Assembly (NCBI GenBank): GCA_038496445.1
Contig: JALMLS010000234.1
Span: forward strand, 13,797-77,796
Length of the DNA stretch: 64,000 nt
Direction of reading: 5' to 3'
Source of the DNA: Trichosphaerium sp. ATCC 40318
Lineage: Eukaryota > Protista > Tubulinea
The notes under the pieces are model-generated. The model saw nothing but the letters and a program-made list of their open reading frames with translations. It was not told where the DNA came from and did not search any database. Shown in pieces: positions 25,350 through 36,631 of this stretch. Position 1 is the stretch's first letter. Each line of letters starts with the position of its first letter. Made by a program: the position numbers and the translations under genes.

Positions 25350-28028
25350 ATGCAGATAGCGCCAAAATCAGCTTTTATAGTCTCTGGCGTATCCACGGTA
25401 ATTAAGGGGAAGCCTATTTTTCATAAAGAGCAACAAGTCATCTTTGAAACAGTAATTGCGCCACGATTACGCGTACAAGTACTAAATGATTGGTACAAAA
25501 TAACTGTGGGAGCTGTCATTGAAGCTGGTGGAAGACCGTTCATCAGAAAGTACGAAAACTAGTCGATACGCAACCACTTAGCGTAGAAAGGCCCAAATAA
25601 ATCAGTTCATAACTTTCTACAGTTAGAAAGTTGTACTCTAAATTTTTACCCTCTAGTTATGGTCATTCGATAGCGTATGCGTTAAAGTGTTTATATCCGA
25701 CCTATCCTTGGGAACCCTGGAAGTTCACGTGCGTACCACCTTTTGTTTCTAAAAATGACATTTTAAAAACTAGTTCGTATCTTTGGCACCTTTATTTACT
25801 TTCTGGCTTACTTTAATTATAGAAATGCACCTCATAGGTACGTAATAATGACAACAATCTAAGGAAGGTATTTGATATTTTAATAGACACTGGCAAGACA
25901 TTGTAAATCAACGTGAAAGTATAGATCGACTTGGGAAGAAGATGCGTTTGAAAACTTTAGCTGATTGGTACACAGTGGACACCGAGAAGGTTATCAAATA
26001 TGGCGGTCGTCTTATCATGAAGCAGTACATACTCACTATTAACTAAACATCTGACCTAATAATCTAATCTTAGATACGGTGGGTCGTTAGCACATACAAT
26101 GCAAATTATTTTTCCAGAGTTTAACTGGCGACCTTGGAAGTTCACGTTTGTAACCATTTATTTTGGTTAGTATTAATTAATATATATGATAGACGGGCTC
26201 CAAGGCAACACTGGACTTCTAAGAATCAAAAAAGAATGCTATTCGAATCTATAGCAGCAGATCTTGACTTAAAAGACCTAAGTGATTTCTACTCAATACA
26301 GAATTATCAAATTTTTGAGCAAGGCGGAAGAGCCGTTCTATGTAATTTGTACGTTATCCTTGTATGACCTTTTTAACTACTATAATGCATATGTATTTAT
26401 ACTGTGATATTAGGTATAGCAGCTCATTGAAGAATGCTCTGACAGACTTGTATCCAGACTACGATTGGATACCTTGGAAATTCAGGTTTGGTTTTTTAAG
26501 ATCAAAACAAAAAATCAATCACTGTCTCACCACGTGAACTAGTCGTGCACCATCAAGGTTTTGGCAATCAAAAGAAAATCAAAGAGAATACTTTGATGTT
26601 CTTGGTAAAAAGCTTAAAATTAAACAGCTGGATGATTGGTATAATGTTAAACCTAATATCTATTCAAACTTAAAAGTGATGACACTCATTAAGAACTTGT
26701 ACTACTAATTACCATTTCTGACTAGTATCACTGAAACTATTCCTAATACATGTTTTAGTTATGAAAGCTCTCTTGCAAAAGCTGTGATGGCTATATACGA
26801 TGACCATAACTGGACGGCGTGGAAGTTTATGTAAGGTTCATTTTTGAATGCACTCCACATACAATTCGTTTCAGCTTACTTGCTTGCTAATCGCTCACAC
26901 ACGCTTACTATTTTGCTAGTCAAATACCTACAGATTTTTTCGTATCAGAGAGCAATGTAGCTTTATTTTTAAGATGTACGACATGCCAACAAAGCTTTCG
27001 CCTTTTTTTTTCTGTTGCAACCACTTTTTTTCTAATGTTATTTGTTTTGCTTGTAGATGTTGGACGTACATTCAATATATCATCTCCAAAGGAATGGTAT
27101 CGTATATCAAACCAACAAATATGTGATGAAGGAGGTTCTAGACTATTAGTACTGAATCAATGGAGACAAGTCTTGACTGAAATGTATCCAACTGAACAAT
27201 GGAATTGGGATCTATTCTCTCTATCTTCAAAGAAGTCTTGGCAATGGTACGTAATTAAAAACTTCATTTGTGCTATTGAAGGCTAATTTAACATAACATA
27301 AATTCAATACAACAATCAGCTAGCTATAATTACCGTTTGCTACGATTTTCTTTTCGTTTAGATCTGCGTACCAGCTCATCTTTTTTTTTTCTAGGCAAAT
27401 GTATAATACTGCCTGTGAATTATTTCCGAATATTAAAGTCGTAGAGGAGTTTAATATTATGCATCTAACTGGATATCATACAGCTATGATGGTTGATGTT
27501 TTTATACCAGATTATAGCCTAGTTCTTGAGTACCAAGGTACGTGGTATACTGCTTAAAATAACAGCTTAATCAACCTAATTTTCGGTGTTGTTCTCCAAG
27601 TCTGTATCACGTGATCATTAACGTTTTTTGAAGGTCGTCATCACTATGAAGATCTTGCCTACTTTGGACCGACGCAAGCGCAAACAAAACGTGATTCAAA
27701 TAGAACACGGATAATAGAAAACGCAGGTACATTAAACACTACGATGATGGAATTCAAGCTTTGTTGCCTTTGGCTTAATTGACAATTAGGTTTAACGCTT
27801 GTGCGAATACCTTTTTGGTGGAAGGGTGATAAAGAGAGTATAGCATCTACCATTGTATTTTATAGGTAAGAAAAAGAGCATTACTGCTTCCAACTCGCGG
27901 TGCAACTTTTTATGGGTTTTTTTTTTGGTTAACTTGCTTTTGTTTTTTCTAGGCCTGATATTCAATTGAGTGTACCTCCTGATGTTCCGCCTCTGGTAGA
28001 GAGATCACGTGTAAAATATTTCAAATAA
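25350..28028 (+). CDS. DWY/WKF tandem-repeat protein, copy B (5 repeats) fused to a C-terminal PD-(D/E)XK-like (Vsr/DUF559/RAP-like) nuclease domain; start approximate
   Basis: Repeats centred on NDWYKI, ADWYTV, SDFYSI, DDWYNV and KEWYRIS; C-terminus MVDVFIPDYSLVLEYQGRHHYEDLAYFG...KRDSNRTRIIENAGLTLVRIPFWW; junctions GT-AG and in frame. Confidence 0.85.
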
Positions 28029-28254
28029 ACTAGTGAAAAAATAATTGAAGGACTACAGAGCGCATCTTCTAGAAGAGACAAAATTAGCTTGCGAAGAAAG
28101 AAGTTTTAGTTTTTCGTTCCATTCAGAAATACGTCGTTTAGATTTGTGATTTTTTCAGAAATTTATGGTGAGACATGTTTAACAAATGTGAATAGTGAAG
28201 TTTTTATTGACATTGGTGGGCTGTGTTTACATTTTTGTGAAAAAATTGGGATAG

Positions 28255-29548
28255 CTATTGTGAAACAATTACTTTAGCTACAGGGATCATTGAAACAGAT
28301 AGTGTTGGTTCACCTGTAAGACCTAATGATAAAAAATATTAGTATCAAAGCGTACTTGATAGAAGGTAGCCAATCCATACCTTTTTTGACAAGTGATAGT
28401 GGAAATACTTGTTGCTGAAATGGCATTATTTCGTTTAATGATATTGTTGTTAATGCCATTGGTTTCTTCTTACTCATGAGTTTTAATGTGACATCAGGAC
28501 TATAGTTAGATACTATGATAGGCTTATTCCATGTAGGTTCTGCTGACTTCTTTGCACAAGCTGCTGTTTTACCAATAACAACATCATTTATTGAAGCTTC
28601 AATATGATACTTTTGTGCTAATGACAACGGATTAACAATAAAATAACAAGCTAGAAAAACAAACCTTTTGATAGAGAAGAAGCTCCGTGAAGCATCAATA
28701 CAAACTTTGCGTCATTTGTTGTATTTGTACCATGTACAACTTCAACTTTACTAGAGCAAGAAAAAAATAAGAAAAACTAACTACTGCAAAAAAACCAGTT
28801 TATACGACTTACTGAGCAGATCCTTGGCCAAGATTTAACTGTGGAGTTTGTGGCAAAATACCTGTATCCTGATTCTTTCTAACTTCTTCATTACAAACTT
28901 GAGTTCCCTCAGAAACAAGTTTGTTTACTTGATTTAAGCCAGCCATTAGTTGTGAGGGAGGTGCTCTACTAGCTATTCTAAAACACGTGATTAGTTATAT
29001 TTTTATCAAATAAATGTAAATACCTTTGTTGGAGTTCCACATTTGGTGTTAATACGACAACTGCGATTAACATGCCAGTAGAAAAAGGAACATGTAGTTC
29101 AATGTACATATTTTCTTGAAATTGAGCAGTTTCAACCTCTTTGTTCTCTGATAAAGTTCCAACCTGTTTAAAAGGTACAGTGTTAGTTTCTGGGCGTAGG
29201 AAAAGCGGTTGGAGTACCTTTAAGGTAAATCGAATTTTAACATTCCTGTTTCTTATTGTCCACTTGAAATCAGTATTCCATGCTGGATTTGGGTCCTAGA
29301 CATCGTTTAGAACGGTTTTAAACTGTTTTTAGTTACCGTCTTGCGTTCCGTAGTCATTAACCGTCCAATGGCTCCAATTGGTTTTCCGCTTACTTGTACC
29401 GCTTTACCACCTTGATCGTTGAGTACAGCGTGTACAATACTGTAAAAAGAGTAAGTTAACGGTACAAAAACTCTCCGCTTTCTCAAAATGAGCTAGAATA
29501 TACTTCAATAGCATTACACTTATCGTACGTTACTTGTATATCAGTCAT
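28255..29548 (-). CDS. Tandem C2-domain protein
   Basis: Two C2-like segments: TTERKTDPNPAWNTDFKW and GKTAACAKKSAEPTWNKPI. Confidence 0.65.
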
Positions 29549-29929
29549 TTGTTGTTAGTGGTTTGTAAGTTTAAGAATTTTGATAAAAAAGGTATTGGTC
29601 GGGACTTCATTGAAGTCGAGCATTTGACCCTATAAAGTACCCAACTATATTACCCGGGTTTTAGATACTGTAAACAAACGTTCTGTTTGACACTCTTTGT
29701 ATTTTGATCTTAGATGTCGCTTTTTCATTTTATGACCAAATATGGAAGTAGAAGGTTGGGTTCGTAAACTTTCACGATATAAATGAATACCAATAAGATC
29801 GTAAGGTCGGTCAATACGCCAGAGAATTGATTATGTCGTTGATCCAAGGTATTGTGCCCGTTAAAGGCAACATAGTGCCGTGACAAGTTAATTGTTGCAA
29901 ACTTCTATGATTTCGGTGCGCATTTTCTC

Positions 29930-29978
29930 AGCGATGAAGCTGAGCTTGACGGTTCTTCTAAAATTCTTTTGTTTGTTG
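29930..29978 (+). repeat. Degenerate inverted copy of an XPB exon/intron junction (1381-1429)
   Basis: AGCGATGAAGCTGAGCTTGACGGTTC matches the reverse complement of 1404-1429 at 25/26 nt; 42/49 nt overall without gaps, extending into the XPB intron. Confidence 0.8.
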
Positions 29979-30477
29979 CCTTGTCATCTTGACATGAATG
30001 AAACACTTCAAGAAAATTGCACTAGTCTTATTAATGAAAGTGTACAAGACGCGTATACACGTTATTGACCAACTTGAGAGATTTCACAACTCCTCCAGTT
30101 ACAAATGCATTCACTCTTACCTCCTTTAAACGCATAGGATAGGATCACTGAACGCACAGTCCGTCCACCAAACACTCTACTAGTTGAGAGTCGCTTGGTT
30201 TTATTGAAGTCTTTGTTGGTAGCGTGTTTACTTGATAGAACCCATCCATGTTCCAGAGTCTCAAGGAATTAAGTAGGCAAAAAAAAAGCTATCAAATCCA
30301 ACGAATTCGCAGCTCTGGACTCAATGAGTTCATTGAGAATTTGTGTTAAAATCATAGCTATGGCACATTCCAGACTCAATAAATTATTGGTTACGTACAA
30401 CGGTAAGTAAAACGAGATTTTGACATGCCAAAACAAGTCATTTCTCTATATTTAACCAAACCAAGCTCCTTACACTA

Positions 30478-31548
30478 ATGTCTGGTACAGTAGAAATATA
30501 CGGTTCAAAAACCCTAGAACGCTTCACAGACGGTATTTTACTAAAAGGCTTTCAAAACAACGGCTGGACAGCTACAATGCATAGCGCTAGTGACAATATA
30601 ACATACAAAGCTGATTTAATACTCCTGCAACTTCACGGAGGGCCACATGCCGAAAAACAAGATAAACTAATGCTGCAACACTTAAGACGCGCCTCAAACA
30701 GTAAAAAAGCTATAATTGTGCTGCTACACAGACCAGACGAGATACAATCGCGTCACCCTGAACTATCTATACTGTTAAATGACTGGGAAGGTAAGCCCAT
30801 GGCCGTTGTGTTTCTTGGGGATCTTCACATTAAAGACGTATTTTATCCGAACAAGCACAATATTTTAAAATCCGTAATTCCTCACGGGTTTTTTGACTTT
30901 GAAAAGACTTTGACAGAGTCACCGAATATTCTTATTGGTAGTCACACTACGTGGGGAGAGATGAGATCAATTGAACACGTGCTACAACTTCTAGGACACG
31001 TGTTTCAAAACTCAAAAGAAGAAAGAAGTTCAGTTATTGGTTACATTGGAGGAAAGCCTACTGAGCTAGTTTCACTAAAGGCAATAGCCCAAACGCATGC
31101 TATGATCATTGATAGATATGGAATAACATTGATAGATGATAAAGAATACAATAGTATCGGTGTCAGTGATAAGAAAAATGTTGTCGTTGTAAACACAACA
31201 ACTGATCCAATTGATGTAACATTTAATGTTCAGATGTACTACCTTGAAGGCTCAGTACGTACTGGTGAATCTTCAGGAAGCCTTCATGCAAGTCAAGGTA
31301 TACCTGTGATTATAGAAATGAATGGTTCAGAAAAGATAGAAGGTCTAGAAGTCATTAAAGTGCCATACTCTGATGGTTCTGATATAACCACAATTGACTT
31401 ACAAGCAAGTGCTGAAACGATCATCAAGTGGTGTAAAAGTGGATACTATAAGAAGGCTATTGACATAAATACAAAGAGATCTAGAGTATGGTATAATACA
31501 GCAGTAGCTAAAGAGTACATTTCTTTATTTTCAAAGTTGCAACAATAA
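30478..31548 (+). CDS. Intronless divergent GT-B (GT4-like) glycosyltransferase, 356 aa
   Basis: IIVLLH, VIPHG, ESSGSL..SQGIPVI and C-terminal W...VAKEYISLFSKL follow GT4 motif order; single uninterrupted ORF. Confidence 0.65.
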   Translation: MSGTVEIYGSKTLERFTDGILLKGFQNNGWTATMHSASDNITYKADLILLQLHGGPHAEKQDKLMLQHLRRASNSKKAIIVLLHRPDEIQSRHPELSILLNDWEGKPMAVVFLGDLHIKDVFYPNKHNILKSVIPHGFFDFEKTLTESPNILIGSHTTWGEMRSIEHVLQLLGHVFQNSKEERSSVIGYIGGKPTELVSLKAIAQTHAMIIDRYGITLIDDKEYNSIGVSDKKNVVVVNTTTDPIDVTFNVQMYYLEGSVRTGESSGSLHASQGIPVIIEMNGSEKIEGLEVIKVPYSDGSDITTIDLQASAETIIKWCKSGYYKKAIDINTKRSRVWYNTAVAKEYISLFSKLQQ

Positions 31549-31766
31549 AAAAGATTGATTCTGTTTATAATTTTTACATGAAAAACCAATAAATTCCCAT
31601 CATACTACATACCTTGGGTGCAGACAGCCCTCAAAAGGGTTCTATCAACAGCTATTATTGCTAGCAATTACAATCTCGAGCGAGTTTAAAATTCTCTGGA
31701 GTGACCCACGTGAAAAAGGTGCAAAATTATCACGTTTCCGAAGTTGAGCCAAATGATATGACATGG

Positions 31767-32225
31767 TTAGCGTTCCTCTTCTTCGTCAATATGGTGTTCT
31801 AGTAAACCTTCACCGCTTTCTTGTTCAATAGGAGAATGTCTTTTCGGTCTGCCAAAATAAAATCGTGCGCAGATACTGATGGAAAACATGAGGAGAGCCA
31901 TCGCACAAATTGAGAAAAATCCTATCAATAAAATGTTTGTAGCTTTTGACGTTGGATCGCAACAGTTTCCTTCACAGCAATGCATTGACACGCAGCAATG
32001 AACATCACCGCAACAACTAAGCGAGTTTTAAGCACTTATTAGCAAAAACAGCACAACAATTAGTTTAGAGCGTAATTAAACCCATACGTTGTAGAAGGCG
32101 CTGAACAGGTGACATTCCCACAAGTAACGTTTATTTCGTGATGACTCTGTCACGTATTGCGTGAGCAGGTTCATTTACGCGTATATACTCACCGTGAGCG
32201 TATTAAAAGAGCCGTGTTGATACAT
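31767..32225 (-). CDS. Small Cys-rich single-pass membrane protein
   Basis: Spliced: MYQHGSF...NVTCGNVTCSAPSTTCCGDVHCCVSMHCCEGNCCD, TM segment ILLIGFFSICAMALLMFSISICA, acidic tail. Confidence 0.7.
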
Positions 32226-32340
32226 TTGTAGTCTCTCCTTTGTACTGGCTTCAATTTACTTCTCTATAACCTAGGTCGTCACTCTGCACTGCTAGTCATC
32301 AATGTGGCATTATATTAAGCCAAACGCGAAATGTTGCGAA

Positions 32341-33126
32341 TTAAGGCGACAAAAGTTTAAACTGCCAATCTTGTGATACGTCCGTTCGTGAAAATACAAA
32401 CCTGTCATGAAGGCGGTAGTCTCCGTTCTGCCAAAATTCAATTGACGTTGGCACTACCCGAAAACCACCCCAATGAGGAGGTCGCGGTATCTCTAAGAGA
32501 ATGTTAGAGTTACGAGACTATTAAAGCAACGCACGTTCTGCTTCGGCGTATTTCTCCGTTAATTGATTGTACTTTGCCTCTAATTCGCTTCTGTCTTTGA
32601 TTTCTGAGCTTTGATTTGATGCCCATGCTCCAATACGCGACCCTACTGACAGTCAGTCTTGTAAACGTTTTATATCGCACCTTTCGACCTACTGTCATAG
32701 TACGCAGTAGATTCAGCGTCTGTCATTTTTTCTACGTTGCCCTTGCTGTTGTTAGTGTTTAACAGCGTAACTTTCTTACCTCTATACGTATTTGGCGATG
32801 AATTTCTTCCCAATAGAACACTAGTGCTGCTCTTGGGTTTGCGATCAATTCCTTTCTGACGGTGTCAGTTAAGACAACAAATAGAACTGTTTTACGTCAT
32901 ACCCTTTTCTACTGGTGTAGTTGGTGTAAAATTCGAACCCTTTGTTGGAATGTTTTTTAAGAAGCACCATACGCGCTGAAGGTACGCCCTCAGTGGTTGA
33001 GGTGCATAAACACATTGCGTTGTGTTGTTTTTCTCCCAAGGCCTTTTCAGCAACTCCAAACCAGGTACTGAACGCTTTAAAAGGTCCTTGTGCCCGTAAG
33101 GTCTTTGCTGTAGCGATAGCTGCCAT
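32341..33126 (-). CDS. PNPO: Pyridoxine/pyridoxamine 5'-phosphate oxidase
   Basis: [37 protein letters not shown] and [14 protein letters not shown]...RLHDR. Confidence 0.95.
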
Positions 33127-33198
33127 CGTATCGATGCCTTCACAAATCGCTTAACTACAACTAACTTACCAAAAAATTCAAAAACAAGATAAAGCACA

Positions 33199-33763
33199 AT
33201 GTCAGGCGCTCGACTAATTGCACATCTGGCTATGGTACTTAATAAGAAAGTAATACCTAATATTAGAGGTGGAAAGATAAGCAATCAACAAGCCTGTACG
33301 AGTTTTTTTTAATTTTTCTTTCAATGTAACAGTTTTTTAGCCATGGTCGCTGACGAAGTAATCTCCTTTATGCGTAAATCAATTATGGAAGAAGGTTGCT
33401 ACCGCCAATCTGCTTTTGGCTCATTCCTTGTCCGGTACGTTATAGAACCCATATCGCACAAATACTAGCGTTTTTACCTGATTTCTATGGACAACATATA
33501 AAACGCTCTAATAACTTACGTACACTCGCTCGAGCATACAATGGTGTTATTTTATAGTTCATAATGCTATACTACTCAAAATATCGTTACTAATCCTTTT
33601 TGCGTATAGAACGCGCGCACCACGTATGGCTCGTAACCCTAAGACAGGTGAAGCTATCAGTGTACCTGAAAAGAACGTTGTTGTATTCAAACCTTCAGCA
33701 TCATTCAAACAGATGGTCCTAGAAGCTAAACCATACGTAAAGGCTTCAGCAAAACCAGAGTAA
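33199..33763 (+). CDS. Bacterial-type histone-like DNA-binding protein (HU/IHF family), 3 exons, 114 aa
   Basis: Exons 33199-33295, 33341-33434 and 33610-33763 give ...AFGSFLVRTRAPRMARNPKTGEAISVPEKNVVVFKPSASFKQMV, the HU/IHF beta-arm signature. Absent from the ORF track. Confidence 0.9.
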
Positions 33764-34324
33764 CTTCAACGTTTTGTGAAGTCAACAAACAACCAAAAGA
33801 AAACGAAAAAAAAAATTCCGTATGTCAAAATGAAAAAGATTTGTACAGAGAAAGACCTGCTGCTTATATTCAAGTGTTGAAAATAAAAAATAAATAATGA
33901 AACCATTCTAACGAGCCTTGTTGATTATTGCACCACGTGATGTTAAGTAAAACTGTTTGAGTGAACTCACTTGTTTTGTTGGCATTTGATAATTTTGGTA
34001 AGGTGAAGTCAGTCTTGCAAATCCTGTACAGAGAAACACAGGCTTTAGCAAATTGAACGAGATGTCACGCTTTCAATACGCCATGTTGTTAGCTTGTCAA
34101 GTTGTTACATGCCTTCGGATTGTGACTTTAGGGCTGTAGTTGTTTGTTGAAAAAGAACCATAAGATAGTTCCTTTTTGAAGCACTACTGAACTGTTCGTT
34201 GGTCACAAATAGAACCTTGCAACCGAAAAGCGCGCTGAGACTACGTATTGCTAACTTCAGACAAATCCGTCAAGTTTGCCTACCAAATCCTCAATCACAT
34301 ACAAACCAAACAATAACGTTGCAA

Positions 34325-36587
34325 ATGGCAAGCAACGCATCTTGTGATCTATTAAATCTACCAACATTGGCATCCATAACGGATGTAGTGCATTTTGTAA
34401 AAAGTGAGGTTCACAATCGAGGTACACCTCGTCTAGGCCTTATTTCGTGTATTCTTGGCGAACTAGAAGAGAACAATGGCGCATTTCCTCTTGTTTCCTT
34501 TGCTGAAACCTATAGCCGGTTATTATCCTTCTATCGCGGAGAGCTAGCGCATTGTGACGCCAAAACGAAGCGTAAAGAATGGTTTTTCGCAACAGCCACT
34601 GACTTTCCTAGCCGAGCTTCTACAGATCATGTCGAAGTTGACGTGGCACGGAAAACGCGTACTAAAGAAGAACAGACGCTATAAACTAAAGCACGCCCAT
34701 TTATGGCATTTTGTAAACAAATCTCTGTGTAATTGCCTTGGCTTTGCTACAGTACGATGAAATAATACGTATCACGTATTAAAGCAATACCAGGTTGTCG
34801 TGGATGCCTGTAGAGTGCTTGGTATTAATAACGTACGTGCCCAAGTGTAAAAATGTGCTCCACGGTGACAAAATGACGTTGACAAGGTTTGGCCTATCAT
34901 AAGCGAAATTCATGTTTGGATTGGCTTCAAGGAAGATAAAGAGAAGTTAAAAATACTACCACGTGTATCTGACATGTCTGTGTACGTACCAGATATTATG
35001 TTACGGTGTTTTGGCAAAATGTCATTTTGTTTTTTCTTTTTTGACACTTGACACATTGCAGTCGACTTTTCTTTTTGAGATAGTTTTTTATTAATTTGTT
35101 TCAGGACTGATATGGTTGAAATTATGACACCATCAAGTACTATTGGTTGTCCTGTAGAAGAAAAGAATAGTTTCTCATGGTGCTATCAAAGAAACACGTG
35201 GGATGAATGGGATGCTACATTATGTAGTGATATTCAGTTTGTAGCAATCCTTTTGACTAATACAGACATTGATGACGTACGTTGTTGGGTTTTTTATTGG
35301 ATGTACGAGCACTTTTTTGTTTAACTTTTTTTAGAATCTAAAGATTCTTCTTATGGCAGGATTGATGGATGATTGTCAGTTTACAAGGGTACCTTGCTCT
35401 TTTTTTGAACTAGCAAGGTGTTATAAGGATACAGAAGATCATGTTAGTGCCAGGAAATATTTCAATAAAGCGGTATTGCATTTCCTTTTTTTGCTACAAC
35501 CAAATGACAAAAAATGTAGGTGGAATCCTCAGAGAAGTTTTGTAATAATTGTAATGTCTATCCATATACAGAACAGGGAGATCATCTCTTTGAAACCGGT
35601 ACAAAGCAATCTAATCGTATTAAATCACTAAGTATTTTATTCGTAGGCTTTTTTCTTGAAGCCCTTGAAGCTTATGCACGAGGTAGCTATTTCTCCAATA
35701 CTGTTTCAGTTTTGCATGATGGACAGTGTCTTATTTGTTTTAGCTGCAAATGTTACTAGACGTTATCGATACATGTCATGGGATTCTGATCTTGCTAAGG
35801 AAATGAATCAAATACCAAAACGTGTAGCTACAAAGATTATAACAAAGTTACAAGAACAACAGAAAGAAGAAGGATGGAAATATTTTCTAAGCTTTTTCGA
35901 TTGTTTATTTACTTGGTTTGAAAAGAGTTCAATGAGGTTATCAAGTGCATCGGTAGATTACTTTAAGAGTGGTTGTACGAAGTTTCCTAGAGAGTTGTTA
36001 CATCATGTGCCATTAAAAGTAAAGAGAGATGACGAATCAACAACTAAAATGGACAAAACTGATCAAAAACCTTCGGTTGTTTTACCTAGAAAGAGACGCT
36101 TGCAAGCTACTCTTATTGGCCCTGTTAGTAAGAAGAGAAAGATAGAAACAAATAATACATGTGAAAGGTAAGGTCATTCAGTGTACTATCTTATTAACGG
36201 TTAAGTGCTTCCGCTCCTTTTATTGAAGAATCAGAGTTTCAAAAAAATAAGAAGAAACCTGATATTCCGGATACTGTCGCTGTTGGTACCCCAAACAAGT
36301 TGGTAAGTTGTACTACTCATCTCGTGTATTAAATCATTTTTAGGCAGATAAGGATTTTTGTACTATGATACATAGCGATGCGTTGTATAGGGTAGTAGCT
36401 GTTTTGAAAAATGTGAATTGTACAACAAAAGACAATCAACTAAAACAAATTATACATCAAGCTCTTGAATCTGGTACGCAAAATAAACCATAAGATAAGC
36501 TACATTAATACTTGGGTCTATGTAGAGGTTATTGAAAGTAAAAGAAAACGTGTCAGAAGAAAGAAATCAATACAAACATTTACTTGA
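34325..36587 (+). CDS. MEN1: Menin homolog
   Basis: Collinear Menin-like blocks: LASITDVVHF...PRLGLISCILGELE, FPLV, HAHLWHF...CNCLGFATVVVDACRVLG..VWPIISEIHVWIGF, SWCY, VYPY, EALEAYARAANVTRRYRY..DSDLAKE. Confidence 0.8.
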
Positions 36588-36631
36588 TACTATTTTACAA
36601 TTTTACAAGAAATCAACAAAATGTTTCATTC

